Positions 47,801 to 59,761 of a stretch of DNA of 64,000 nt are shown here, piece by piece (the stretch's first letter is position 1; every line of letters begins with the position of its first letter). Origin of the DNA: Nemertoderma westbladi. Lineage: Eukaryota; Animalia; Xenacoelomorpha. A model generated the notes under the pieces. The model worked only from the letters and a program-made list of their open reading frames with translations, was not told where the DNA came from and did no database searches. The stretch is taken from the NCBI GenBank assembly GCA_032718475.1, contig JAUCBJ010003708.1:1-64000 (forward strand), in the 5' to 3' direction. Position numbers and translations under genes: made by a program.

Positions 47801-48600
47801 CGGTTACCAATTGCGTGGGTATCTATTATCCGGTTAAAATTATTGTCAGAGTACCTCCAATTCTTTGGTTATGACCAGCAACCAAACTATTGTCAGGGTG
47901 CGAATTAAACGGTACAAATTATACCGGAATGGTTTGTCTAAAACATAAACACCACTTTGTAGACGAATTGTCTACGAAATTTACAGCGAGCATATTTTAA
48001 TATTGAAATATTTCAAATTCTAATATTTTAGTGGACAAACAGTGGAGGCAGTGTTTGTTAGCGGTAACCCTAGAAACTCATTACATAACCCATCAACGTA
48101 CCTAACAGTAGAACGTCAGCAATCTGATGGCTCTTGGGCTGTTCTATACAACGATGGGTCCTGGGAAACCTGGTTAGTTAAACAAAAATTTAATTTTTAA
48201 TTTTGTACATTTTTTACTAATATAAGCAATGTATTATTATTGCAATGTGAGAAAAATATTTGAGAAAATCGAATATTACCAAATTTAAAGCTGTCTCTGA
48301 TATTTTAGTAATTGTTATTGCTAGATATTTAATTTTAAAATAATTAGGCCTACATTAATTTTAATTATCTTTTCTGATGACGATTAGCAACCTAATTAAG
48401 GCGCCTAATTAAATTATTTTAGGTTTCACTGGAAGATTACTTCATTTATACTGGGTGAGAGCGAAATCACAGTAACATGGAATATTCCAGAACACAACCC
48501 GCCTGGTCTGTATAGGATCACCCACAACGGATATTATAAGAACATATTCCAATATAAGTATCCGTATAAGGGTATAACCAATACCTTTAATGTTCAATAA
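41820..48600 (+). CDS. ASAH2: Neutral ceramidase, C-terminal part only; exons 41820-41942, 42109-42297, 42574-42768, 43344-43449, 43726-43853, 44431-44526, 47438-47580, 48032-48172, 48423-48600
   Basis: All introns are GT-AG and phase-consistent. Translation gives FVAAFAQANEGDVSPN, GPGKDMVDSTRIIG, GYSFAAGTTDGPG, CHHPKPILL, VPGEFTTMSGRRLR, GLSNTYADYITTYEEYQIQRYEGAST.GPHTL, GNPRN, TYLTVE, WETWFHW, PGLYRI.H.G, with stop TAA at 48598-48600. Confidence 0.93.
44610..45320 (+). mobile_element. Interspersed repeat, probably the 5' region of a LINE
   Basis: GC-richer island in the intron. 44768-45053 has a similar inverted copy at 51193-51475. It lies next to RTE-like coding fragments. Its identity as a 5' UTR is inferred. 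Confidence 0.55.
45688..46400 (-). mobile_element. 3' fragment of an RTE-type LINE (RT thumb/C-terminus plus short (TAG)n tail)
   Basis: ORF 45729-46388: VDDFCYLGSWI, RKGKAWAALNRLSRIWKS, VLLYGS..W, LDGTFTRMLRR, RLRFAGHCFRR. Confidence 0.88.
46500..47125 (+). pseudogene. Degenerate AP-endonuclease domain of an RTE-type LINE
   Basis: Frameshifted motifs VGIQDHR, GNGGFGLLMN, CYSPP..VENFY..L, LSDFNA, TQF..RTGKL*TH. Confidence 0.78.
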
Positions 48601-49689
48601 CTTCAACCTGAAATTAATTGACAACTCGTAACAATTACTTTCGTAAATAATATTTATTATAGGTCAAATAATGTATTTCTTCGGAAAACCATTATCCATA
48701 AATTTGGTATTGATAATATCAGCTTATCTATACAGTAAATTACTTCACGGTTGAATTCAGAAACTCTACGCAGGTTACGGGTATAGTTTATTATAATATA
48801 CTGTATGTATTTATCTATAAACCTTATTACTTAATTACCAAAATTACCAAGTCATTATTAAATTTATAATGTTTTGTCGTCAATATTTGTATCGTAATTT
48901 GATGATGTAATATAGTAATGTAGTTATCCAACATATTCAACAAATTGTTTGCTAATATATATGTTGTTAATTTAATTTTTAAAATGATATTAATATAAAT
49001 AATAATTAACGGTGGGAATACGTTAAAATTCGCAGGGAGTGATCGCTCTACCGAAATTTCTGCCAGATTGCAGGGTTTTCTTCTTGGTTGCTCCTATAGT
49101 GGTGATAGGATGTTGTCACTCCAAGCCCATCACTATTAAACCACTCTTAGTCTGTTTGTTTGAAAGAACGCTCAATAAATGTGATGTAATGTTTTGTTTA
49201 GTTAATTAATTCAATAATTAATTATGTTTGAAATGATGAAGAAGCTTATGTACTAGATATGTACAGCTGATTATATAAATATCAAAATAATTGGTATCAT
49301 AAAGTTGGGGTATCGCTGATACGCTACAGAACTAACTTATAATTATCGTGATAAATATTAATTTACAGTTTTCCTAACCTGATAACACAATTTATTGCGT
49401 CGAAAGTATATGTACCCCTTATTTGTATTCTTATGATTTTTGTTCAACTGTAGGCCTACTGTAATATGGCGGACCATCCCCCGAACCCCAATCATGTACT
49501 GTATTTAGATAAATATTCACTAAAAAAATTTTAACAAATAAATTTACACTAAACTATATTATTAAAATAATAAGATATGTAGAACTCCGGATCAATTAGT
49601 GGGTGTGACAGAATCGTTTTTTTCCGATTTCAAATTTGATTGATAGCTATTTGAGAAAAGTATCTTTGTCGAGACAGGAAAGTAAAAGT

Positions 49690-50252
49690 AAAGTAAATTA
49701 AAGAACATTTTTTTCGGCCACTAGGCCAAGGATTACGCACAAAGTCTGACGACTTATTTACAGTGCGGTCCGGTCCCCCCAGAACTTTATTCCCCTCCCC
49801 AGAGGAAACTCCAGTACTCATTTAGCTACCACTTAAGGATGCAAGGCAGAGATAATAATAATAATAATAATATTGGTTATTTATATAGCGCTTTATTATG
49901 CTCGGCATACTCAAAGCGCTTTTATTATCATTACCCCAGCAAAGCCAGGTTCCCATTATACCGCTGGGTTGGCGTAGGCACTAATGTCTAAAGTGTCTTG
50001 CCTAGGGACACAACAGTGCGAAATTTCTACAGCCTTTAGTCGGATTCGAACCTGCGCCACCAAACACTATTGTGTAAGCAGTTCAGGCGCCATATCCACT
50101 CGGACACTGCGACATTTAAGATCATCATAGATGCGTCCTGGCTGGTCCCTTTAAAGCATTCGTGCCGAAACGAAAACTGCCCTGGCCCATGTGAGGATCG
50201 AACCCACGACCTACGGGAGATGTGAATTCAATGCAACCACTACACCAAGGTA
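49690..50252 (-). mobile_element. tRNA-derived SINE (outer copy, interrupted by a second SINE)
   Basis: Minus-strand head with A box TGGTGTAGTGG and B box GGTTCGATCC at 50250-50194. The body appears to resume left of 49851 (TAAATGAGTACTGG core-like motif). The left boundary is approximate. Confidence 0.65.
49852..50113 (-). mobile_element. tRNA-derived SINE with an L2-like tail
   Basis: A box TGTCCGAGTGG, B box GGTTCGAATCC, core GTGTCCCTAGGCAAGACACTT, tail AAAGCGCTTTGAG...AAAGCGCTATATAAAT, then (TAT)n. Confidence 0.85.
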
Positions 50253-50253
50253 G

Positions 50254-52160
50254 AGACAGGGGGGGGGGGGGGGGGGGGGGAATGGACGCAAATCCCATCT
50301 TGGCGAATTAATATCCCGTCTCAATATTAAATTCTCAATTTAGGGAAATGAGCAGGTTACAGTGGCACGTTATTTTAACCTTCCCATTTACAACGACCCC
50401 GGTGACATAAATCTCTAATTTCTTTCTTCAATAGTTGTATGTGGGGTTCTGAACTTTACAGTACCTTCCTAGCATATGTAATAATTATATGAATAACAAT
50501 GAATATTTGTTTTGCTTAGCTATTTGAAATAAAAATACACACATCTTTTTGAGCTACACAAGCTGTCAATAATGACCAATAATACTGGGGTCAATAATGA
50601 CCCCACTGATAAAATCGAATACCGGTTAGTGTTAGGTGCATCACCTGCCCCTTTTTTCGAAATTGGTGTTCTAGATAGTTTTATTTTGTTACATTCCCCA
50701 AAAAAGAGTTACACGCCAAAATTTATAAAAATTTGACAATGTCTAGAGGGTCCACACTCACACTCACACTAAGCACATGGCCAGTTACCGCCCTTGGCGC
50801 ATGTGAGTCATATGATGCTCATTTGAACCGCAATGACCGATTTAGTTGGTGTAGACACTTTCAAAACAAGCATAAAGCGAATAGTTTTTGAGATATTGCA
50901 GAAAATGTGAAGTGCGGCATAAGTCAACATTAGTAGCGCCTTGATGCGATATTGATAAATTCACTAACAATGATACTTCTAATTATCTCGAGGCGTCCAG
51001 AATTTACACATAACTGCAACGATCAATTTAGGTGATGTTGACACTCTAAAAATATTTAGTTGAGTGATTAGTTTTGATTGATTGATTGATTGATTGAGTT
51101 CTCGAGTTATTGTACAAAATGTAAAGGCTAGGTCCACCACAATTGATGAACTTTTATTTTGAGTTGACCTAGTCCAGCTCTCGGGGCAAATACCACAGGG
51201 TGGGTGTCGCAGTGGAGTCAGATATGAGGCCCATCACCCATATCTACTCTGGCGCACATGACCCACCATTGGCTGTGCAGCTCCTCAGCTGGGTCATGCC
51301 CTGTACCCCTGCTGCCAGGTGCAGGTCGCAGTGAAGTGTACTCAGAGTGGACATGAGAACACTCTACTCCTGACCAGCCATTGGTAGATCACCATCTGCC
51401 TGGCCAGGCCATATACCCCTGCAGCCAAGTATAGGGGTCCTTAATCCAGGACCAACGGCGTCCTTATCCCAGAACGATAGAACCTAGTCCAGACATTTTG
51501 TTCAATAACCCTAAATTTCCCCTAAATCTACATCCCCTAAATTGATCATTACAGTTATGTCAATTTTGGATGCCTTGAGATAATTAGAAGTATCATTTTT
51601 AGTGTATTTGTCAATATCGACTTCACAATTTCTGCAATATCTCAAAAACTATTCGCTCTATGCTTGTTTTGAAGGTGTCTACACCAAGTAAATCTGTAAT
51701 TGGGGTTCTAATCAGCATAATATCAATGCAGTAGGAAAATTAAAAGTTGATCATCACAAAACTGGGGAATATGAGAATATGACACACTTGCGCCAAGAGC
51801 GGGAACTGGCGGGCTTAGTGTGAGTGTGGACCCTCTAACATTGTTCAATTTTCATAAAACTTGGCACGGGACACTATTTTGTGGAGTGTAAAAAAATAAA
51901 GACATGAGGAAACTGTAGGCCTACCATATATATATTGGGGGAAAAATCACATTCAACTGAATGGGGTCAGAAACGACCCCAGGTGGTGGAAATGGCACTT
52001 TAGCACGTGTACATAGGAAGGTTAACCAAAACAATAAACTAAACACAATAGAACAGGTTACAGTTTTATTTTTGAGTGTAATCAGCTGTTATTTGCGTCC
52101 AATTTCCCCTGGAGAGGGATGAATGTTTTTTGCGTCCAGTTTCCTCCCCCCCCCCTATCT
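50254..52160. mobile_element. Outer TIR element with G-run termini, hosting the piggyBac-like insertion
   Basis: AGACA(G)nAATGGACGCAAA on the left versus TTTGCGTCCAGTTTCCT(C)nTATCT on the right. 52081-52135 resembles 18658-18712. Confidence 0.5.
50379..52021. mobile_element. Non-autonomous piggyBac-type element containing a long internal inverted repeat
   Basis: TTAA at 50375-50378 and 52022-52025; TIRs CCTTCCCATTTACA / TGTACATAGGAAGG; GGGGTCA..GACCCC palindromes at ~50587 and ~51963; inverted arms ~50680-51032 and ~51536-51900. Confidence 0.78.
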
Positions 52161-52176
52161 GGGAAATTCAGAGCGC

Positions 52177-52470
52177 GGAAGGATTTACTGTGGTAGATCA
52201 CCCATGGTGGTGAACAGGCATTCCTTTAGGAAACCGAGTGGAAGGGTTTAATGTGGAAGATCACCCATGGTGGTGAACAGGCATTCCTTTAAGAAACAGA
52301 GTGGAAGGGTTTACTGTGGAAGATCACCCATGGTGGTGAATAGGCATTCCTTTAGGAAACCGAGTGGAAGGGTTTACTGTGGAAGATCACCTATGGTGGT
52401 GAACAGGCATTCCTTTAGGAAACATAATGGAAGGGTTTACTGTGGAAGATCACCTATGGTGTTGAACAGG
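52177..52470. repeat. 63-bp tandem repeat (~4.7 copies)
   Basis: GGAAGATCACCCATGGTGGTGAACAGGCATTCCTTTAGGAAACCGAGTGGAAGGGTTTACTGT; CCCATGG recurs at 52201, 52264 and 52327. Confidence 0.93.
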
Positions 52471-55400
52471 GTACGCTAGAACACAGAACGCCATCCGTAA
52501 TAATTCATAAACCTCTGATTACCTTCGACCTGATGTGGAATGAACCAGGGACGGATTAAGAGGGTGGGGGCTGAGGGCTACAGCGTCAGGGGCAGTAAAG
52601 TTGGAAGGGGCCCGCAAGTTGGGAGAAATTTACCGTACATATCTCACTGATAAAACAACCTCATTGTCCTCATTTATTTATTACGCTAATTTATGGCTGT
52701 GCAATAAATATTTATATCTCACATATACTGTAGCACCATTCATAGACTGATAAACCATGCCTGATTAGAGAATTAAATTGAAACAAAATAGAAGACCCTC
52801 AAATGGTAGGCAACGGATAGCAGAAGCCAAAATGTCATAAATATTTCATTCTAGAACATGTAATTATTTCTTGAGGTGAACCAGTAGTTTGAAAGGAAGA
52901 AGGAAGTTGCATTAACTATTACTGTATTACCTCGACTCGGCTACCCAGACAGCCAGACTATCGACTCGGCTACTAACTAGGCAGCTAGCCAGGGTGATTA
53001 TAGAGGCTGTTGCGCTGTCAGTCAGTGTCAGAGAGATGGTAACAGCCAATATGGGGTAAGGATTTACCCCTGGGGCTTTAACTGTCAGATAGTCTGATAC
53101 CAACTATCAGACAGTCTTTTTCAACTATCAGATAGATGATCGCCCAGTTACAAGTTGCCCCTCATTTGTATTTTTTTAAACCCCGAGTGTTGTTGACGGA
53201 GTCTGTTACTTCCGAAATCGTTGATCGTGGTGGCGGTGCCGGAATTCTGGCTTTGATTAAAAACACTGAACTGCTGAACGATGGCGGAATTTACGAAACA
53301 TGGATTCATAATCCGAGGAGGCGACGGAGTCCATTAAACGTAAACAATGAAACGATCGCGATGGACGCAGTCTATTCAATCCAGAATCCAGAACGGACGG
53401 AACCAACACAACGGTGTCTATGTAAACTCTATGTCTGAAAAGCTGGAACAATGCGAACGAGGCTACTGTAAAGTTCAGAAGTTAGACTGGTTGTGAGATT
53501 AACCTGCCAAAGCCAATAGGCCCTACTACTGTAACTCAATAGAATTCGCTTTCTTCGAATTCCTAATAATACTGTATATTTTTGTTCGAGCTTTTAGAAG
53601 TTAGAAGACTAAGACTTCGATGATTTTCACTGTTAAACCTTATTTATTATCACAGAAATCTTGGTGCTCTAGATAACAAACAGGTCTACATGGCTTTACG
53701 GTAATTACAACAGGCAGACAGGTTGCTAATAAGAATTATACAGTTATAGTGTTGACGCCCTTTAAAGACATGGTATTATGGACCGGTTGAATTATACTTT
53801 GAACTCTGATTTGAGGCAACCTTTTCATGAATATGGAGTAGACAGACTCACACGCGTTTGGGCTATCTAATGATAACATATGTTCTCATACACACCAATT
53901 GATTGTGAATCGAGACTGCTAAATTTGCCGTCCAAAGCTTACCTTGTTAAATATGGATATAAACAAGTTCGAAGGTATGCCGTATTAATATCCAAACACA
54001 GCATTTCCATATCATTAACAAATATACAATAATTATCCATCAAATACAACAATGGGGTTCACGACTCAAATTCAAAACCCATTAATTAGATATGCAATAA
54101 TATCACAGAAACGCAATGGCGTTTACAGAATTCAATAAGATGATAAAATAGCCGAGATATTGGTGTTTTCATTTTAAAAATTATTCAATATTTGAAAACG
54201 ATCTGTGATTGTTCGTGACGTCACTGTACGCCTCCGAATCCCATTGATATCAACATTCATATACCTAAATACTATCACTATCTTTGTATAAATTAGGCAG
54301 TTTGTTACTGCAGTACTTGCTACATTAGTACTGTAGTACAGTGCAGCAGCTACCGCCTACCGGTACACGTACAAGCCTTCCAGCAATGTATAGGCCTACT
54401 TGCTTATTTATACGGCGAACGGAGAGTAGGTACCCGGGACAACGACAAGCGACAAGGACAGAAGGAGGAGCGAACTTGGGGTACCCGGAGCGCCGGAGCC
54501 GGAACGCCCGGAGCACAATGGCACCATAAATAATGTGGTACTGGTACCACGTTTTGTTGGAAATTTACTATAATTCATAAACTGTAAGCCAGATGTTATC
54601 AGCAAACATCCTTCTGGTATTAGCAAAGCAGAATACACTACAAAGAAATGTCGCAATGTGTGGCATAAAACTAGCAATCGAATGTGAAAGAATTCCTTAG
54701 AACCCTGAATCATATCTATACACCTAGCAACTTCCAATCAGAAGCTTATTTACTGCATTTGTTTACTAGAGTTCAATTGTAGAAAATAAAAAAGGCTCTC
54801 ATTGGCCGCATCCCAACCACTAAGGAGGAGGTAAGGAATGTAGAGAAATGAATGAACTTGTCAGGGCGTGTGGCCTTTACAAATCTTATCTAGATATTTA
54901 ATCAGTACCGGTACTACTGTATGAATCAATTAATCTTATCTGAATATTCAATCAGTTCTATGGCTTGGGAGTACTGTAGAACAGCGTATTGCTAATAAAA
55001 TGTGCGTTTTAGTCGCAAAAGCTTTAACAAAATATAAAATATTTTAAGTAATAAATGAAGGATAATTCAAAAAGAGAAACAATTTCTCCCATTAGAAAGG
55101 TTTTAATATTATTCCGGACATTCGATCCGATCTGATATTAAAAATTGATCTGATATTAAACATTGATGGTACACCCTTAACAATAATCAGAATTATTTAA
55201 AACTTATATCCACTCTTAACAATAATTAATTAGAATTACAATCATTAATTAGTTCATTACCATTATTATTTATTTTGTATTACATTATTTAATAAAAAAA
55301 ACATCATAAAGATAAATTTATTATCATCCGTTATCATTATTTTATTTATTAGTTGATAAAAAAAATAGTTGACTAGGGCTATTTAAAACAAGGGGGTAAG

Positions 55401-55918
55401 ATGATGTGGTAGGCTACGTGATAATGTTAGTTTCTCATCAAACCAAACCTATCGATTAACGTCCAAATATATCCATTATCCAATTTCGCAATCCATACTA
55501 ATCAGTTCCGGTAAGTAATAATTATCGCAAGGATATGATTACTGTAGGTACATGATATTCTCAAACCAAACCTATCCATCCATTGACGTCAAATCTCAAT
55601 CCATACTATAATCAGTATGTAATAATGTACCCTGTACTGTCAATGTATATTTCATTTTGTTATTTTCTTTTTGTATAATTAAATTGCTTAAAGTCCCGCC
55701 GGGATATACTGTACATATAGCTGTTACAGCTATGTGTTTCCCATAGAATGTTTATGTTGAATAATGTTCTGATGTTTAACAGTTTAATGCTGTACTGTAA
55801 GGTGTTAAAATAAATGTTTAAAGTGGAAAGTAGGCTAATGTTTAAAGGAAAACGTTAGCAAAAAAGTGGATTTGAAATAATAGTAATTTCTTACTGTATT
55901 ACTATTAATTACTATTAA

Positions 55919-57629
55919 CCCAGTTAAACATGAGTATGTGTTTCATATATGGTTGCCATAAATAATTCGACATGTGATACATATATGTAAATGTTACAGT
56001 GTTGTCAAATGTGATCCATATGTGGAATGTTCACATGTGATACACATATGTTTTTTATGTGACAAGTGCGACAAAAAGAGTAAAAATTTAAACTGAGACC
56101 GACCAATCACTGGTGTGGGTCTGCATTTCCTATAGAGAGGTGGGGCGGGGGGGGGGGGGGGGTAGCCTACCTCAGTACCATTATCCTATCCAATCCCTAC
56201 ACCCTATCCTACGGCCCTACACCTACCCTATACATTTAGAGAAGGAAGCATCGGAGTATATATGAAAATATTTAATCCATAGTGATATGAGAGTATCCTT
56301 TGTAGATTTTGGTGATGATCCGTAAATTCGTATTCTATTAGTTAGATTTAATTAAGTTATCTAATTTCCAGCTATAATAGATTATTCATTTTGATATATC
56401 TTCGAAAATTAATTAATTCTAAGATCATATAAATGCTCATATGATATTTTATATCTAATTTTAAGACATCTTTTCCCTACAACATATATATACCACATAT
56501 GAAACATATGTTCAATTTTTTAACGGGATAAGAACTGCAATAGGCCTGCCTACCTTACGGCATGGTATAGTGCAAGTATGTTATCTGTCTATGTCTGTAC
56601 CCCTTACTGATACTTAGCAGCGCAGATGACAATGCACAACCACAACCTGACAAGTGAAAACCACCATACAGTCATACATATGTTTGTCTAATTCGTTTAA
56701 TACAGCACTGTACAGTGAAAATGCACAGCACAATGTGCATAGTGCAAGGCAGAAAGCAGGCAAGTCACACACTGCATCACTGAACAATTGAGTGGACTAT
56801 GATAAGCGGTAGGCTTATGCAACGCATTATGCTGTTATGGGTAAAATATAAAATAATTTGCGATTCACTAGCTAAACTGCAAGCGACACGACGTGGTTAA
56901 GAAGAAAGATTGCAGGATCAGACTATGAAATGCCTATCATTTGAAGAATGTGTCCCACCACCAGCCCTCCAATGCAATAAACAAAACAATTGGACGATCG
57001 ACTATGGTTACTTCAATTTAGTGTCCATACAGCCTTCACAGATCATTCAAACCTTATAGCAGGCCTATGTCTGTATGTATTGATTATACATTATATGGTT
57101 AAATAGCCGGTACTTTGAAAATACAGTATAACAAAAAATATAGATTCAACGTATTATACTGCTGATTAAAACGATATTTGTTCTTAATGCAAAAAGCTGA
57201 GTAATGACATCAACAAATTCCGCATCCCCCCTCGTTATTCTTTTCTGTACATGTATTACTGTAAGGCCTGTATTACCATAAGGCAAACATGTGTGCAACA
57301 TATAAAATCCATGAACTGGATTACAAAATTACGAATTTAATAGTTTATAGATTGAAATTTAACTTCGGAGTCTTGGCTATGGCTATTTCACATATGCTCG
57401 ACATATATTATTCCCATGCGCATTCTCACACATTTATTTATGATAAATTCATATGTGCAACATATAAAAACCATAAATGGCGATACACACATTCTAAGTG
57501 TATGTATCACCGCATGCGTGACATGTATTATTCATACATGAGCATAAAAACCCAATTTCCAGACACACCTATTCCATACAACATATATATATATACCACA
57601 TATGAAACATAAGTTCATGTTTAACTGGG
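55919..57629. mobile_element. Non-autonomous TIR element with CCCAG termini (CMC/EnSpm-like)
   Basis: CCCAGTTAAACATGAGTATGTGTTTCATATATGG / CCACATATGAAACATAAGTTCATGTTTAACTGGG, flanked by AA on both sides. Many CATATG/CACATGTG subterminal motifs and an extra right-end copy at ~56480-56527. Confidence 0.65.
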
Positions 57630-57884
57630 AACATTTACTTTTATTTTCAATTAGATTTATCTGAAATCATTCACGAGTTCAGTAGTCACAATCACAAAGG
57701 CTAGGAAAATTGGGACGGCTGGGGCCCATATTCCTTCCCCCTGTCCCTGCCCTCCTGGCTGCCTGGAAGGAACACACAGATACAATACTGCAATAGCAAT
57801 ATGCATAGGCAATTACCTTAACAGATTAATATCACCTAGCCAGTAGCAATTTACTGGTCTACAGTCTACTGTCAGACTGTACTA

Positions 57885-58802
57885 CCGGTGTAACAGGAAA
57901 ATATGCCCCCCCGGGAAATGTGCCCGGGGGGGCATATTTTCCTAGGAAAAAATGCCCCCCCGGGCAAATTTCCCTAGGAAAAAATGCCCCCCCTTAGGAA
58001 ATTATGCCCCCCCTGAATTATACAATAAACAAAACTTATTACTACTAAAACTTACAAAAATTATACAAAACAACAAACAGTCACTTTACCAAATGAAGGA
58101 AAGGAGCAGGTTACAGAGGCATGCCTTTCTAACCAAAACAATAAACGATCATTTAACTAATTGAGGGAAAGGAGCAGGTTACAGAGGCGGGTTTTCTAAC
58201 CAAAACTAATAAACAGTCACTTTAGCAAATCAGGGAAAGGAGCAGGTTACAGAGACGGAATTTTCTAACCAAAACAATATACGATAACATTACCAATTGA
58301 GAGAAAGGAGCAGGTTACAGAGGCGGGATTTTCTAACCAAAACAATAAAACAATCACTTTACCAAATCAGGGAAAGGAGCAGGTTACAGACTTAAAAAAG
58401 CTTGGAGCTGCTCGGCGCCCACACAACACCACACACTCGCACTGCTGTTATACCAGTACTTACTACAGTAGCCTACTGACTTAGATACTTCAGTATGCTG
58501 TTCTACATCCCTTACTGCCTTACCTGCTTACCTACCGGCAGACCGGTACCGTACTATTCTTCCAACTATTACAAGTTCTGCAGTTGGTAGATTAAAAGTG
58601 GCTACCAGCAGACCGGTATCGTACAAGTTTTCAGACTTTTGAGGGGGGCTAATTTTCCTGAGGGGAGGCATTATTTCCTAAGGAGAAAATGCCCCCCCGG
58701 GCTAAATTTCCTAGGAAAAATTGCCCGGGGGGACATAATATCCTAGGAAATAATGCCCCGGGGGGCATATTCTAGGGGGGGCTGATTTCCTTGTGACACC
58801 GG
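57885..58802. mobile_element. TA-flanked MITE with repetitive GC-rich TIRs and an internal ~70-bp tandem repeat (58098-58390, 5 copies)
   Basis: TA|CCGGTGTAACAGGAAA ... TTTCCTTGTGACACCGG|TA; subterminal CCTAGGAAA/GCCCCCCCGGG arrays; internal GGAAAGGAGCAGGTTACAGA units. Confidence 0.85.
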
Positions 58803-58888
58803 TACTTGAAAGTTGAACTTCACTTCTGAACTTGAGCCTAACCATATCCCAGTATCAAGACAGCATATTACAGTATTATACAGTCAGT

Positions 58889-59761
58889 ATGACGGAGGTG
58901 GACTTACCCGTTCATGCAAAGGCCGTGCCGTTAGCTACACCCGAAATAACAGATACACCGGCGCGAATACCAAAGAACCCAGACAATGACACTGATAAAG
59001 ATCACGAGAAGGGCGACGCCAATAATGGGGGACTTTACAACATGGAACCGGGAGAAAAAACGCCGAGGGAAGAAACGCTGAATGAACCGAAACCTAATAA
59101 AGACAAAACAACTCGTTTAGACGAACCGGATTCTCGCGTCGCTGACGAAGGCGATGGAATGAGCGTCTTCACCTACGTCATGGTAAAAGATTTCCGTTTC
59201 TACTACTCGCACCCGTATTCCCGACTTATTATCGCTTACTCTATAATAATATTAAACTTCCTCATATTGGCTGAGGATCCAGTTACGCACAGTCGCAAAG
59301 AGGCCGAGATACCGGTAGTCGGTCACGCTATATCGCTGGTACTAACTCGCTACCCTCCTGAACCAGGATATGCCTTCATGAAAGTTCTCGGATGGATATT
59401 AGCCATAATTATCGGGATGCTTTTAGGTAAATTTGTATTCCATCAATTATTTTTCGGGAGTCTCCTCAGATTAAAGATGTTCCGGGATTCTCAAGGTTCG
59501 TGGATGATCATGTTTCTCTCTACTCTCGCTCTTCTCTTTCTGTTTGCGGTTACCTACAGCGCACTGATGGTTTGGTGGAGCGCGGGAAGACTAGAGGAAT
59601 ACTCGCTTAATGGGCAGATTAGCATATCTAACGAATGGTTTATGAAGTTTGCGGGTTGTGGTACCTGGTTGGGAGACTTCGTTACGGCCTGGATGGTCAC
59701 TGATATGATGTTAGTTTTTATAATATATACAGATGTGTCAGATACAGATACGGAAGTTTAG
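58889..59761 (+). CDS. TMEM117: TMEM117-like membrane protein, N-terminal part (homology ends at ~59713)
   Basis: KDFRFYYSHPYSRLIIAY..LNFLILAEDPVTHS, GKFVFHQ..LLRLKMFR..GSWM.MF.ST and FMK.A..GTWLGDFVTAWMVTDMML match TMEM117 as I recall it. First ATG at 58889. Confidence 0.88.
   Translation: MTEVDLPVHAKAVPLATPEITDTPARIPKNPDNDTDKDHEKGDANNGGLYNMEPGEKTPREETLNEPKPNKDKTTRLDEPDSRVADEGDGMSVFTYVMVKDFRFYYSHPYSRLIIAYSIIILNFLILAEDPVTHSRKEAEIPVVGHAISLVLTRYPPEPGYAFMKVLGWILAIIIGMLLGKFVFHQLFFGSLLRLKMFRDSQGSWMIMFLSTLALLFLFAVTYSALMVWWSAGRLEEYSLNGQISISNEWFMKFAGCGTWLGDFVTAWMVTDMMLVFIIYTDVSDTDTEV

Noticed and set aside
50040-50252. tRNA genes
   Set aside because: A and B boxes are present but I could not build a cloverleaf, and they continue into SINE bodies.
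52267-52479. 70-aa ORF with 21-aa repeats
   Set aside because: Translation of the 63-bp tandem repeat; the preceding copy has an in-frame TAA.
53136-54737. Short ORFs and GC-richer patches suggestive of a decayed transposase
   Set aside because: No recognisable catalytic motif or termini, so no call can be supported.
56140-56162. Poly-G runs here and at 50259-50280 as G-quadruplex regulators
   Set aside because: Homopolymers inside repeat elements; their length is unreliable and there is no independent support.
59727-59756. Similarity of TACAGATGTGTCAGATACAGATACGGAA to 36196-36220 at the CRE 5' end
   Set aside because: Short, low-complexity (GATACA)n-like match with no flanking similarity.
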